DNA of 64,000 nt from Rhynchopus sp. YZ270_cl-10. Taxonomy: Eukaryota. Numbering within the stretch: the stretch's first letter is position 1; every line of letters begins with the position of its first letter. Positions 9,746 through 22,433 of the stretch are shown here, in pieces. Under the pieces are notes generated by a model. The model was not told the origin of the DNA. It saw only the letters and a list, made by a program, of their open reading frames with translations, and made no database searches. Both the position numbers and the translations under genes were made by a program. The stretch covers positions 1,116,001-1,180,000 of the forward strand of contig OZ037838.1 in the NCBI GenBank assembly GCA_964035575.1, read 5' to 3'.

Positions 9746-12402
9746 TGGCGTACGATGGCGATATGAGGGAAGGTGATGCCCGAAGGTGCGGACTCACGCG
9801 GTTGAGTACTGGTGACACAACCGTCCTGGCCTAGACGCTGAACCTGCAGGAGCGATCCCGTGCACAGGCTGCGATCTGTGTGTCCACCACGACGCTTCGG
9901 GTTGGCGACAAACGACGCTGGGAGGCCATCTGCGGAAGAAGCAGAACGACGTGCCTCCACAATCTTGTGTCACTCACACGCACGTTGGACGGCAGGTACC
10001 AGCAGAGCGTTTGAGCAGGACACCGTAGCACCCGCCGACAGCAACGACCGCGCAAGAGTGGGCAGTGGTTGCCAGTGGTGTAGCGGGAGTTTTCGTACAC
10101 TCCGGTGACGGGAACGAAGGACGTATGCTGCAGGTGCTCGGCGCCAGCTTCCAGACGTGGAGGTTGTGTCGGACGGAACCTACACGACACTATTGCCCGT
10201 TGCTTGCGTAGTTTTCCCTGCAATGTGACGACGACGAGCCCACTGAGCCTGTATGACGTTTACGGATGTACCTGGGATCCGGATCGGCTTCCCTGCTGAG
10301 GAGGCGTTGTTTTCTATGGGACGCTGTTCACGCTCCGTTGCGATGACGCGGAACATGGAGCTGCAGGATTGCGGTGTGTGGGCGATTGAGCGCACGTGGA
10401 AGAACCAGAGGTACTACATCCTAGTCTGCATGGCTGTGGAGGTGACGTTGATGTGTAGCGCCGCCCTGAAGGAATAGAGGGTGATCCGTATCACCAGTAT
10501 TGTCCCCATCCGCAAGGCTGCCCCACCTTCAAGATCGCGCAGAAGACCGATTGGCTCGCCTTCTGATCGATGCGAGGGAATACGACATAGGGGTACCATG
10601 CTCAGATGACACCCCCTATACGACAAGAGTCTAAACCGGTTCTCCCTCACACCACAACTGCACGACATCGAGCGCTCACCCACAACCTTCTCTGTTGCGT
10701 AGATTCTCTAGGGGATGTCGGGGCCGCGATGCCTTAGTATGCCTTTGCGAAGTGATCCATCAGTCTCCGCACAGGAAAAGGCAGTGAAGATCCTTTGTGG
10801 TACGTGACTCCGCCGTGGAGTTGTCGTGGGAAGCCACCAGGCCGTAATCTCGCGGGGCAACAGAGTCAGCTGCAGCCATGGCGATGAGGGCAGTGAACAG
10901 CTCCTCAATGCGAATTGACGGGTACGCGCGTCGGCAGGAGAGTTTCCTACGAATCTGAAGAACTTTCCGACGAATACCCACCGCGAGAACATTGCCTTTG
11001 TTGGGACAGTGAACCCGTCGAAGAAGGACTCCTCGCTTGAGGGGGTTGCGGACATGGCGGCCGGGGAGAAGACAAACTCGGGTGCTGCAGCGGCCCTCGG
11101 GTTTGACGTGACGCCGATGCCGCCGTCGCTGATCACCACGTGGTGCCGTGGAAGCATCTGGCGGAGGGGCAGCGCGACATGTTCGTGATGCGTCTGATCT
11201 AGCAGTCGCGCAACCTTCCGCCCGAACCAGATTGTGGCGCTGTCGAAGCTGCTGCTGGATGCGCACAAGTTTGCGCAGATCAAGATGCAGGAGAAGCGTT
11301 CGACGGTGTTCGCAGCGTCTAGTTCACACGCGTTTTCACCTTCATTGTCGTAGGGCCCAACAAGACAAAGGAGGCACCGTCGCTGGCGCTCGACCAGATA
11401 TGGCAGACAGGCGCCTCCATCAACACACATCGAGGCCCTCACCTCCGCACGGCGAAAGTCCTTTAGTAGGAGTAGCGTCGAATAGGGTCATAGTCCTGTC
11501 CCAGTCTACGGCTGTAGCGCAGTGGCAGCTAATCTGATGAGAGAGGCAGCAATCAGAGCGAATCCGGCGATCGGCATGCGCATGACCAAGTGTGTCCATC
11601 CGTAACACCCGATGTGGTGGTGCCACCGCTCTGCATGACGTGAGGACCCGGGGGAACGGCGACACGAGCAGCTTACGCCTCCAGTTCTCGTCTGGCACAC
11701 GGTCTTCGCCGTCATGTCCAGCTGAATGCCAATGAACACAAGCAGCTGATCACTGCGTGCACGTGTACTTGTGTTTTTTAATCCTCTTGTTTCTTCATCC
11801 AAAGGTCACATCATGAGCAGTGCGGCTCGGAAGGTGGCCAAGCTGCGAGGGGACCCAGCCGAGCTGCTGTACACCCTCCCCTAGTACATGTTCCCCGTCG
11901 TCCGCTACTGGAAGCAACGCGGAGTGGCGTTCAGTATGTCAGACGTTCACAGCCTGGGACGGGAAACCTCTCTGTACTTCCCGGAGGTTCGCGACCACTC
12001 CTGGAAGCGAGGGGCCCTGCAGCACTTGGCGTTGATGGGTGCGGCGTGGGGGACATGCTGGTTGTGTAACGCCACAAGGAGGTCGACACCCTCCGTACCT
12101 CTGGATAGTAATCGGGAGTCAGGAGCTACGCGTGGTCCCTGGAGTCGCACCCCTTGGTTGAGGTGGGATTCACGATATCACGGCGGATGTGGCAACACGT
12201 TGTGCGCTTACTGCCCAGGAGACTGACGCGACGTGGCAGGGTTGCGACCTTCGGATCTTGCTTTGTGGAGAACTTCCCGGATGGACACCTCATGCACCTC
12301 GGCTTGAGCACCACTGTGAGTGCCGTCCTCCGCAAACACAAGCGAGAGCTGGGTGTCAGGTCTCCTCCTCCCACCTACAGGGGTGGATCCGCTGGTGGTT
12401 AG
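9746..12402 (+). pseudogene. Decayed GC-rich coding sequence with possible non-LTR RT motifs
   Basis: SIVPIRK...RPIG (~10496-10555), LHDIERS (~10658-10678), C-terminal CWLC (~12057); many stops and frameshifts. Confidence 0.4.
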
Positions 12403-13299
12403 GTTGTTGTCAGGCATCAGGTCTTCGGAGAAGGTCTTGGTCGGGACGAAGGATGCGTCCAATAGTAGAAGAGTTCAAGAATGTAGGTTATATTATTTGT
12501 GCCTCTATGTACGGCACTCTGGGTTTGGTGTGAACGCCCAGGTGTCAGCTCAGGTTATCGTTTCTTGTTATTTCTGTGTAAAAGAAAACCGACGCTGGAG
12601 TCTTTTATTGTAAACTGGTCGCGATAGTTTTCGCGAACTTTCCTGCAGTCAACGCAGGGAAAGAACAATCAACGATGTGATACAGGATATGGGTGGTTCA
12701 GTGATTCCGCAGAACCTACACCATTGATGTGTCTCAACCAAAACCAAATCAATTAAAAAAGAGAGAGTTTTTGACGTAAGGAAAGAAAACTGTTTTTTCT
12801 CTTTAATGTTATCGACGGCTCGTCCACCCCTTCCCTACTGCGGCAACGCTGTGGTCCCTTGTGCGGCAGGGATGGGTTGAAAAGGGGAGGGGGGGAGTTG
12901 TTTCTATTCCCTTGTTTCGAGTGCGAAACGTTTCTCCATGTATTGCACGGGAAACAATATGACAAACAGGTGCAGGGTGGTTCCGTGCTTATCATAGAAC
13001 CTGGCACCTTGTGTGTCTCCCAAAAACCAAAAAAGCGTTGTGTGTGTAGTTTTGAAGGAAGGAAAAATAAAATGAACAAGATAAAACAATAAGCTCGCGT
13101 TTCTTTTATCGAACAGATTTTATTCTCCGCCCCGTACCCAAAACGTAAACACCACTTTGAATCAGAAAAAATATTTTCCTCTCCTTTTTTCTTCCACACG
13201 CGCTGGTTTTTGTATTTCGCTAATTTTTATCAAAAAGCTTTCCCTCCCTCCGCTCCCTGTTTTCTTCTTCTAAAAATAGTGCCTCATTGGCTAACCTGC

Positions 13300-14720
13300 T
13301 TGATCAGCTTGCTCTGTTACATGAATACGGATGAGCTAATACTGGGTAACCCTGCTTGAGCAGAGTTCTTGATGATCCCGGGTGACTCCAGGGTTAGAGT
13401 TCTTGTGGCTTCTCGCATGGGTTGGTTCTGCTTGCGTAGAGATCTTGTTGATCCCCGGTGATAAAGAGACTGAGTGCCGTATGGGCTCGTCTTTCCAGGG
13501 TTAGAGGTCTCGATGACACTTGTAGGCTTGTTGATCCCGGGTGATAAGAGATGAGCGCCAGTTGGGCTTGTCTCTCCAGGGGTAGAGCTCTGTGGTCTCA
13601 TGCATTACTGTTGTATCTATGCTCGGATGTTTTTCGTGTCTGCTTGCACTGTTTTTTCTGTCCTGTTACAAGAACATTGATGAGTTTATATGGCCCTGCC
13701 TGAGCAGAGTTCTTGATGATCCCGGGTGATAAGACTGAGGGCCGGATGGGCTCGTCTTTCATGGGTTAGAGTTCTTGCTCGGGGGATTTTTCGCTCTCTC
13801 TGTGGTGTTTGTGTTCTGTTATGTTACTTGTACACTGTTTTGTTTCTTCCTGTGGCACAAAAGCGGATGAGCTAATACTGAGTAACCCTGCTTGAGCAGA
13901 GTTCTTGATGATCCCGGGTGACTCCAGGGTTAGAGTTCTTGTGGCTTCTCGCATGGGTTGGTTCTGCTTGCGTAGAGATCTTGTTGATCCCGGGTGATAA
14001 AGAGACTGAGTGCCGTATGGGCTCGTCTTTCCAGGGTTAGAGGTCTCGATGACACTTGTAGGCTTGTTGATCCCGGGTGATAGGAGATGTGCGCCAGTTG
14101 GGCTTGTCTCTCCAGGGGTAGAGCTCTGTGGTCTCATGAATTACCGTTGTATTTATGCTCGGATGTTTTTTGTGTCTGTTTGCTCTGTCTTCCTTTCCTG
14201 TTACATGAATGCGGATGAGTATACACTTGGTGGTCCTGCTGGAGAAAAGTCCTTGGTTGAGCCCTAGTGTGAGACTGAGTGCCGAGGGGGCTAGTCTCTC
14301 ATGGGTGATGAGTTCTTGTGATCTCTTGTGTGGATCGAGTATTTGATGTTCGGATATGTGTCATGTTTTACGTTTTCTCTATGTGCTGTTTGCACTTTGT
14401 TTGTTTCTTTTGCGCCGCGAACACTGATGAGTTTTATACTTGGTAACCCTGCGTGAGTACAGTTCTTGGATGAGCCTGGTGAGAGATTAAGTTCTTGGTT
14501 GAGCCAGGTGACGAGTTCTTGTGACGTCTCGTATGGGGGTCCTGCTTGAGTGAAGTTCTTGGTTGAGCTAGGTTAGAGATTAAGTTTCTTGTTGGAGCCT
14601 AGTGATGAGTTCTTGTGATCTCTCGTATGGATTGGTCTTGCTTGGGTAGAGTTCTTGGTTGAGCTAGGTTAGAGATTAAGTTCTTGTTGGAGCCTAGTGA
14701 TGAGTTCTCGGGATCTCTTG
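13300..14720. repeat. Complex nested tandem repeat (gagttcttg and gatcccgggtga submotifs)
   Basis: ~13328-13640 is repeated at ~13864-14177 with progressively degenerate copies downstream. Confidence 0.85.
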
Positions 14721-15931
14721 CTTGACTTGAGTATTAGCTTCTCGGATGTTTTTTGATGCTCTCTCCCGGTGCTGTTTGCACTCTGGTTTGCCATTCTTTT
14801 TCGCTGCATGAAAGTCATATGAGTCTGTACCTGTATTTAAGTTAAGATCCTGGTTGATCTCGTGGATTGGACAGAGCACTTGTGGGCTCGCCTGTCCGGG
14901 GAAGAGAGCTGGTGGTCTCTCGTAGGACAGAGTGCGGGATACTCGGGTATCCTTCGTGTTTCTTTCTCGGTGCCGTGTGCACCCTTCGCTCCCTTGGCTC
15001 CATGAATGTTAGTGTTGTTTTTTCTCTTACATAGTGCTCATGTAGTCCTTTAGTGGATTGAGTGCTGGATGCTTGCTAACATCTCTTGTGACTTTCTTAC
15101 GATTTTTTCTGCTACGCTCGTCGTAGCGCTTTCTTGTGACGCTTCTCTGTTCCCTCTCTGGAACATGTATACATGTTTCTGTTTGCTCTGTCAGTACACA
15201 GCCTAGCGGCGTGTCTGCTCTTACGTATCTCTTGTTCTTTGTCATAAAGCAGAAAAATATGCAAATGCAGCAAACTTTAAAAAACCCCTGCACCTGTGTT
15301 GTCATGGTTTCCCTTGTTTCGAGTGCGAAACGTTTCTCCATGTATTGCACGGGAAACAATATGACAAACAGGTGCAGGGTGGTTCCGTGCTTATCATAGA
15401 ACCTGGCACCTTGTGTGTCTCCCAAAAACCAAAAAAGCGTTGTGTGTGTAGTTTTGAAGGAAGGAAAAATAAAATGTGTGGCAACAACAAATACCTGTTT
15501 TTTGGGGGACAATTTCACGGGGGAGGGTCGGTAAAATAGTTAAAGACCACCAAAACAGAAAAAGAGCACAAAGCAAAAACAACAATTTTCATTCAAACAC
15601 CACCCTTTTCCTCTCTTTTCCTCTCTTTTCCACTTTTGTCTTGTTAAACCCTCTGTTTGTGCGAACCACTAACACAATGAAAATATGTGTGCTGTCTGTG
15701 TAGTCCCCTCAAAACAAGAACAGGGAAACTGTCCCCCACTGCCTCGAGCGGTGTGGAACCCCGCGACGTAGAACAACAAGAAAACGTGGTCTGAGGCAGT
15801 ATCAGGGTCATGTGTCAGCACCCGCGGAAGCACTAAACCCGCCTACACTGTAGGTAATCGTATAAAAAAAAATCGCAAACACAAACACACCTCATCTCCT
15901 TACAGAGGTGGAACAAGAAGAAGACACAACA

Positions 15932-17911
15932 ATGATGGATGTGACCTTTGTGCTGGAAGAGTCAGGCGTGACTGCGACAGTGGAGGTGCCGTGCGAGGCG
16001 GACGTTGCAGCGGCAAAGGAGGTTGCGTGCACGGCGCTTGCTGTCTCGCCTGCGTCTGTCGAGATGCGCATCGGCACGCAGGTGCTGGAGGGGACCACAG
16101 CAGAGAATAAGCCCGGTCCCCGCTCCCCGGTCCCTGGCCCCGGTCCCGGTCCCTGGTCCTGGTACTGGTCCTGGTCCCGGTCCCAGTACTGGTCCCGGTC
16201 CTGGTCCCAGTCCCGGTCCTGGTATCGGTCCCAGTCCCGGTCCTGGTACTGGTCCCGGTCCCGGTCCCGGTCCCTGGTCCTGGTACTGGTCCTGGTCCCG
16301 GTCCCAGTACTGGTCCCGGTCCTGGTCCCAGTCCCGGTCCTGGTATCGGTCCCAGTCCCGGTCTTGGTCCCGGTCCCGGTCCCGGTCCCGGTCCCGGTCC
16401 CGGTCCCGGTCCCGGTCCCGGTCCCGGTCCCGGTCCCGGTCCCGGTCCCGGTCCCGGTCCCGGTCCCGGTCCCGGTACTGGTCCTGGTACTGGTCCCGGT
16501 CCTGGTCCCAGTCCCGGTCCTGGTATCGGTCCCAGTCCCGGTCTTGGTACCGGTCCCGGTCCCGGTCCCGGTCCCGGTCCCGGTCCCGGTCCCGGTCCCG
16601 GTCCCGGTCCCGGTCCCGGTCCCGGTCCCGGTCCCGGTCCCGGTACTGGTCCTGGTACTGGTACTGGTCCCGGTCCCAGTCCTGGTACTGGTCCCGGTCC
16701 TGGTCCCAGTCCCGGTCCTGGTATCGGTCCCAGTCCCGGTCTTGGTCCCAGTCCTGGTACTGGTCCCGGTCCTGGTCCCAGTCCCGGTCCTGGTCCTGGT
16801 ACTGGACCGGGACCAGTACCTGGTCCTGGTCCCGGTCCCCCACCCTCCCGCGCCCGGGTCCCCTCCCACTTTCGGGCGTTTTCACCACTGTTTTCTACAT
16901 ATTGTGTCCCAGTCCGGCTGAGAATAACCCGGTCCCCGGTCCCCGGTCCCCCCTACCTTATTCTCTGCTGTGGAGGGGACGTGCCGTCTGCAGGACACTG
17001 CGTTTGATGCAGGGGTGCAGGTTGTGCTTGCCCGCCGCTTTGCCAACATCAAGTGTCCTGCTGAGAAGGAAGCTGGGAACGTGCACAATCTCTCACTGTC
17101 TCCTTGTGGAACGCTCTGCCTTGTTGTCGTGTCTGTCGATGGACGCATTGCCTGTGTAGGCTTCGACACAGAAACCTTCAGCCCTGCCTTCCAAATCACA
17201 GTGAGCAACAGATGTGTAGGCGCACCTGCCATCTCGCAGTGCAAGACACACTGCTACCTGCCGTATGGGGATCACTTTCTCGAAGTTGCGCTTCCAGGTG
17301 GGGAGGTGCTCCGCAAAGTCTACGACATCTCGAGAGCAGTGTTCGTCTGTGGCAGTGTTGTTGTCTCGAAGAGTGACGACGGTGTCTCTGTGTATGACGA
17401 AGACCTGACGTTGCTCCGCACTCTCTCGCATGAACGGTGTATGAGATTAGCAGTATCGGACTGTGGTGGGTGGGTGGTCACCTCCTCTGTCAAGGAGAAG
17501 AACACACGTCTGTGGGATGTGAACACAGGTGAAGCTGTGGCATGTGTGCCTGCGGAGGGGCTATGCCAAGTGGCGCTTTCACGGTCTGCCTCTGTCTTTG
17601 CTGTGGGGGAAGAATACAGCGTAGAGCTCTATGATTGGAGTGGTGCGGCCCTTCGCAGTGTTGTTGTGGATGGGTATAACGAGAGCATGCAGTTCACGCC
17701 ATGTGGGAAGTACCTTGTGGTCAGGGTCAGAGCTATTTGCTCTTACGAGGAGCAGCTGGAACAGTATGATGTGGCGACGATGTCCTGTGTGCGTGTGATC
17801 CCGGACAGCTCCGGTGTGTCGTTTGCGATATCGCCGTGTTCGCGTGTGGTTGTGTTTCGGTCCTCGGGTGACATTTTGACAAGACATCTGTACCCCCACA
17901 ACAGTGAGTGA
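15932..17911 (+). pseudogene. Ubl + beta-propeller copy 5, interrupted by TIR element 16096-16972 (pseudogene unless spliced)
   Basis: The 5' and 3' parts are in the same frame; the insert carries an in-frame TGA at 16919-16921; the 3' part is otherwise intact. Confidence 0.75.
16096..16972. mobile_element. hAT-like non-autonomous element filled with a (GGTCCC)n satellite
   Basis: Perfect 16-bp TIR cacagcagagaataag; 8-bp TSD GAGGGGAC at 16088-16095 and 16973-16980; 15 sibling genes show the empty site. Confidence 0.95.
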
Positions 17912-18881
17912 GTGGTAAAGGTGTAGCCTATGAGGTCTTATTTGGGGTTTTGTTCGAATCCTATCAAAGTAGTTATTTGGTGGGTGATTTATTCGGCAGA
18001 AAAGTGGTACATCGTGTCCTCCACGTTTTACTTGCGCTGAAGGGGGAATTATTACGCGTCCACTCGACGTTTGGATAAAGAAAACTAGAGATGAAAGGGG
18101 GTTTGGGGGGAAGAGTTTAATTCTTGAACGCATCCCCACACTAAGTCACACTATTGAATGAAAAATTGACAATTTTCCACGGGAGGGAAAAAACGACTCA
18201 TGGATACTGAAAAATTTCACTAGAAATGCACACATGTCTTATAAAAAAAACAGTAGACCCTCGGACCATTATGAATGAACGTGTTCGCTTCAGAAGCGGC
18301 TTCTGCGTCTAGCATGGTCTTTATTGTTGGAAAAATAACCAGCAAGATTTTTTACGTCTTGATAATGTAACACGAAGGGCTATCTGCGTTGTTCCTATCC
18401 CCCCAAAAGAGTCCCCATTTTATAGCGTATGACGTGGGTAGCGTACAACTAAACAAAAGATGAAAGGGGTTTTTATTATTTGCATAGAATTCTCACATAC
18501 CTTCCTGCGGTGGTTCAAACCCCCCACCACCAAACCTCCATCACCCATTTCTGCCATGCTCGCCGTGGCCAGAAATATAGTAATTATAACGGATGTTTTG
18601 TTTGTTTCTCCCTTTTGTTCGAACACTGTATTTCATCCGCATTCCGTAACCACACACTACTTCGAGGCAGAGACGCCTGCAAGGTGCTTGCCTGGTCTGT
18701 TGGTCGGGAGGGTCAGGGAACAGAGGTGTGTCTGGGTTGCTTTGTTGGCGTCTATCAAGGCTTCCATATCAATGTGAGCACAGTGTTGCCTTCCCATTCT
18801 TTGAATGTCGTTGACCTGAACACTCGAGTTGCGAAGTCATACAATACATCACATCAACCACAACAGACCCCGAAGAAAACA

Positions 18882-20036
18882 ATGGATGTGACCTTTGTGC
18901 TGGAAGAGTCAGGCGTGACTGCGACAGTGGAGGTGCCGTGCGAGGCGGACGTTGCAGCGGCAAAGGAGGTTGCGTGCACGGCGCTTGCTGTCTCGCCTGC
19001 GTCTGTCGAGATGCGCATCGGCACGCAGGTGCTGGAGGGGACGTGCCGTCTGCAGGACACTGCGTTTGGTGCAGGGGTGCAGGTTGTGCTTGCCCGCCCT
19101 CGCTTGGCCGACATCAAGTGTCCTGCTGAGCACAGTGTAGAGGTGCCAACTGATGGGCAGCGGGCAAATAGAATTGACTTATCGCTGTCTCCTTGTGGAG
19201 CACTCTGCCTCTTAACACAGAATGAACGCTACATCACCGGCCTCGATACAGAAACCCTCAGCCCTGCCTTCAAGTTCAAAGTAGACATTGAGGTGTGCGG
19301 TCCGCCTGCCATCTCACGGTGCAAGACACGCTGCTACCTGGCGTGTTTGAGGGAAGGACTTCTCGAGGTTACACTTCCGGGTGGGGAGGTGCTCCGCAAA
19401 ATTGAGGGCTCCTCGTTCCAAGTGTTCGCGTGTGGCAGTGTTGTTGTGTCCCAAGGCAAACACAGCGTCTCTGTGTATGACGAAGACCTGACGTTGCTCC
19501 GCACTATGTCGCACGAAGGGTGCGACCAGTGGGGCGGGAACATGGCAGTATCGGACTGTGGTGGGTGGGTGATCACCACCTCCTTCGGGGAGAAAAACGC
19601 ACGTCTGTGGGATGTGAACACAGGTGAAGCTGTGGCATGTGTCCCTATGTCAAGGTACGCTGTAGCGCTGTCAAGGTATACCTCTGTCTTTGCTGTGGGG
19701 GTAGATGAGAATGGGGCACGGAGTGTGCAGCTCTACGACTGGAGTGGTGCGGCTCTTCAGAACGCCACTATGTCTCGAAGTGCCCTTGGCCTGCAATTCA
19801 CCCCGTGTGGGAAGTACCTTGTGTTGCGTGTACAAAAGCGCACTGAGGATGGAGCATTACACGCAGAGCTGCACCAGTATGATGTGGCGACCATGTCTTG
19901 TGTACTTGTGATCCCAGACGTTTCTGCCGCCTATGATGAGTCATTTGCGATATCACCGTGTTCGCGTGTGGTTGTGTTTGTATCATCCGACTGCACCAAC
20001 GTTGTAACAAGACATCTGCACCCCCACAACGAGTGA
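18882..20036 (+). CDS. Ubl + beta-propeller protein, copy 6
   Basis: Intact paralogous ORF from MDVTFV. Confidence 0.85.
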   Translation: MDVTFVLEESGVTATVEVPCEADVAAAKEVACTALAVSPASVEMRIGTQVLEGTCRLQDTAFGAGVQVVLARPRLADIKCPAEHSVEVPTDGQRANRIDLSLSPCGALCLLTQNERYITGLDTETLSPAFKFKVDIEVCGPPAISRCKTRCYLACLREGLLEVTLPGGEVLRKIEGSSFQVFACGSVVVSQGKHSVSVYDEDLTLLRTMSHEGCDQWGGNMAVSDCGGWVITTSFGEKNARLWDVNTGEAVACVPMSRYAVALSRYTSVFAVGVDENGARSVQLYDWSGAALQNATMSRSALGLQFTPCGKYLVLRVQKRTEDGALHAELHQYDVATMSCVLVIPDVSAAYDESFAISPCSRVVVFVSSDCTNVVTRHLHPHNE

Positions 20037-20761
20037 TGTTCATGCTTTGGCACCATGTGAAATGGGTGTGGTGACTTGCCCCCTTGTATTCCGTGGAGGC
20101 GGAAGAACTGGTGTCGTCAACAGAAGCCTGCGTCTTGCCACCACACACCTATCCAGTGATGGCAGATCTGCATCCACGAGCAAGGAAGAGAAAACCGAAT
20201 GGAGTGGGAACGTTAGTGAGAGCGCAGCAGAAACGATAGTGGGAACGCAACGAGCTTTTTTCATAATGTTGTATTCTCCCCCACAAAATATCACGCGCAG
20301 AGAAACACTCGTTTTTTCACACAGCGCGTCCGTTGTTTGTTTTTTCTCAACGACACCTTTTTGATTTTGACAAAGGAACAAATAAATTGTTTTATTCTGT
20401 GTCTGCATCCTGATGAGGTGTTGACATCCAAATCTTAGCATATTTGTTTATTGCTTCTGTTTACTTCGCACTGCTTCGTCAACTCCAGGCACCTTAGACG
20501 TCTTTTTGTTCGTGTTGAAGAATAGTGATCGGAAAAAGTCAATCCGCCTTTTGTGTTTTCCTTCCCATTGCATTTTCGATGGCACAACAAACCCTCCACA
20601 CAACAACAGCACACAGGAAACGGGGCTACACGAACTGACAACCCTGCCCCACCCCACGATGTCGTGGCAGCACCGGTCCACATCAGCGCAGAGTGTCCTC
20701 TTCTTTACATTACGCTTGGGGGGGGGGGTCTCCAAACTACCCCCCAAGTCTGGCGTCTGAC

Positions 20762-21076
20762 ATGAGTCTGTACGTGTTGTCGATGGATGACGGGGTCTGG
20801 ACTCAAACAGGCTTTTTCAAGTTTAAAGAGTCCGTGCAGATCACCTTCACACAAAGCTACCCTGTTGGGAATAACAGCGTGCTCATGCTCGCAATCGCAG
20901 CCTCGCTAGTGTGCGGCTGCCTCCTCCTCGCAGTCGCGCTGCTCTTCCTCAAACGCTCCAAGCAGAACGAAGACACCACATCAAGGAACACGGGCTTCCA
21001 GGTCTGCAACGTCCTCAAGCGGGGCAGCATGTGGTCAGAGATGCCCACAGGAAGTCAATCAGCGACTATGGGATAA
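20762..21076 (+). CDS. Small single-pass membrane protein or 3' gene fragment
   Basis: Hydrophobic helix LMLAIAASLVCGCLLLAVALLFL followed by KRSK; coding-like composition. Confidence 0.4.
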   Translation: MSLYVLSMDDGVWTQTGFFKFKESVQITFTQSYPVGNNSVLMLAIAASLVCGCLLLAVALLFLKRSKQNEDTTSRNTGFQVCNVLKRGSMWSEMPTGSQSATMG

Positions 21077-22433
21077 GGAGGTCTTTGTGTTTCGTGGCGT
21101 TCAGCATTTCGAATATCACTCTGTTGTTTGTCTGTGTATGGAAAATGCAGCAAACAGCCTGTTCCAGACAACACACTTAATTGGGGGAGGGTGTTTGCAT
21201 CCTCCGCCAGTTCATCTCTTTCAGCGTTTCTAGTCTTAGTTTCATTTTTTATTATAGGTCAATTGTCGTGACAGGGGAAAATGCTACGGTTGCTCTAAGT
21301 GTTTTCACCCTCATTTGTGCTCCTCCCTTCTCACACATCACCACCTGTACTTCACTTAATATGACATGTCTTTCACTTTTCTTGCAATTTCTATTTGGCT
21401 ATTTGGAACACATCAGTTTTCAAAAAACGTGAAAGCGTACAACTAACAAACTCTCTCCCTGTTTCGTTTCCCGCTTTCCTGAAGATAGCTATTGACATCG
21501 TAGTGTTTCTTGTGCATGTGTTGCGCGTTTACTTTCTGTGGCTCAGTCGTGACCTTTTTTTACTCTCTCCTCTGGATTCCCGTGCGTGTTGTGTGTGTCA
21601 TGAGTTGGACGCCACAGAGGAGAAGTGACCTTTCTTAGCAGAAAATATCAGCTTGTTTGTGTATTGCCCTTATTTGCAAGAATACGCACCACTCTCTGTG
21701 GCTGTTCTCTAGGGCTGTTGCTCCTTGCGCTGTTAAAAGTTTTTCGGTGAATTGGTGAATTTGTTTCTGGCTTACGAACCACGTTTGTTAGCCACATCCT
21801 CTCTCTTTGCTATTGTTGTGTGTTCTCGTTTTGTTTCCACTCTTGCATGTTACGAAGTTTGAATACCACAGCCAGTCGTGTTTTTCTGCAAATGAGTACT
21901 GCAGCTCCGCATGGATTGTGTGTAATAACCAGCAAGATTTTTTTTTTGTTTTGTTTTGTTTTATTCTGTGCCTGCATCCTGATGAGGTGTTGACATCCAA
22001 ATCTTAGCATATTTGTTTATTGCTTCTGTTTACTTCGCACTACTAGTCCTTATTTTTGTTTAGCTTTGCCGAGTCAGTGTACCCAACACTTCTTGGCCTG
22101 TTTGGACTACACGGTGCTGTGTCCCTGATGGTGCCTTCTCTGATCAACTCCAGGCACCTTAGACTTCTTGTGTGTGTTGAAGAATAGTTATTGGAAAAAG
22201 GTTGATCTGCCTTTTGTGTTTTCCTTCCATTGCATTTCCGTTGACACAACAAACCCTCCACACAACAACAGCACACAGTATTGTGGTGTGTTGCTCTAGT
22301 GCGTTGCATCAGTATTTGCGTTGCACCTCGACCTCCACTCAGACGTAACACAAACATCACAAAACGCACAAAACAAAACAACCCACACCTCATCTCCTTC
22401 CTAGCAGAGGTGGAACAACAAGAAGACAAAACA

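Larger units (their letters stand above)
9553..15476. mobile_element. Split-direct-repeat element A1-body-B1A2-repeats-B2
   Basis: A 9553-9720 = 13073-13242; B 12907-13074 = 15309-15476; TG shared at the junction and both ends. Confidence 0.75.

Noticed and set aside
13300..14720. Possible CRISPR-like array
   Set aside because: There is no constant repeat with unique spacers; the repeats are nested and degenerate, the context is eukaryotic and no cas genes are present
15892..17159. Long ORFs of VP, SR, GT and DR dipeptides on both strands
   Set aside because: They are by-products of the stop-free (GGTCCC)n satellite inside a TIR element
18480..18881. N-terminal extensions of family ORFs in the ORF track (also 57739, 60396, 62424)
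   Set aside because: They use non-ATG starts in non-conserved leader DNA; homology begins at M(M)DVTF
20405..20440. CTGATGA hammerhead-like cores (also ~9155, ~21979)
   Set aside because: The required GAAA and closing stems are absent
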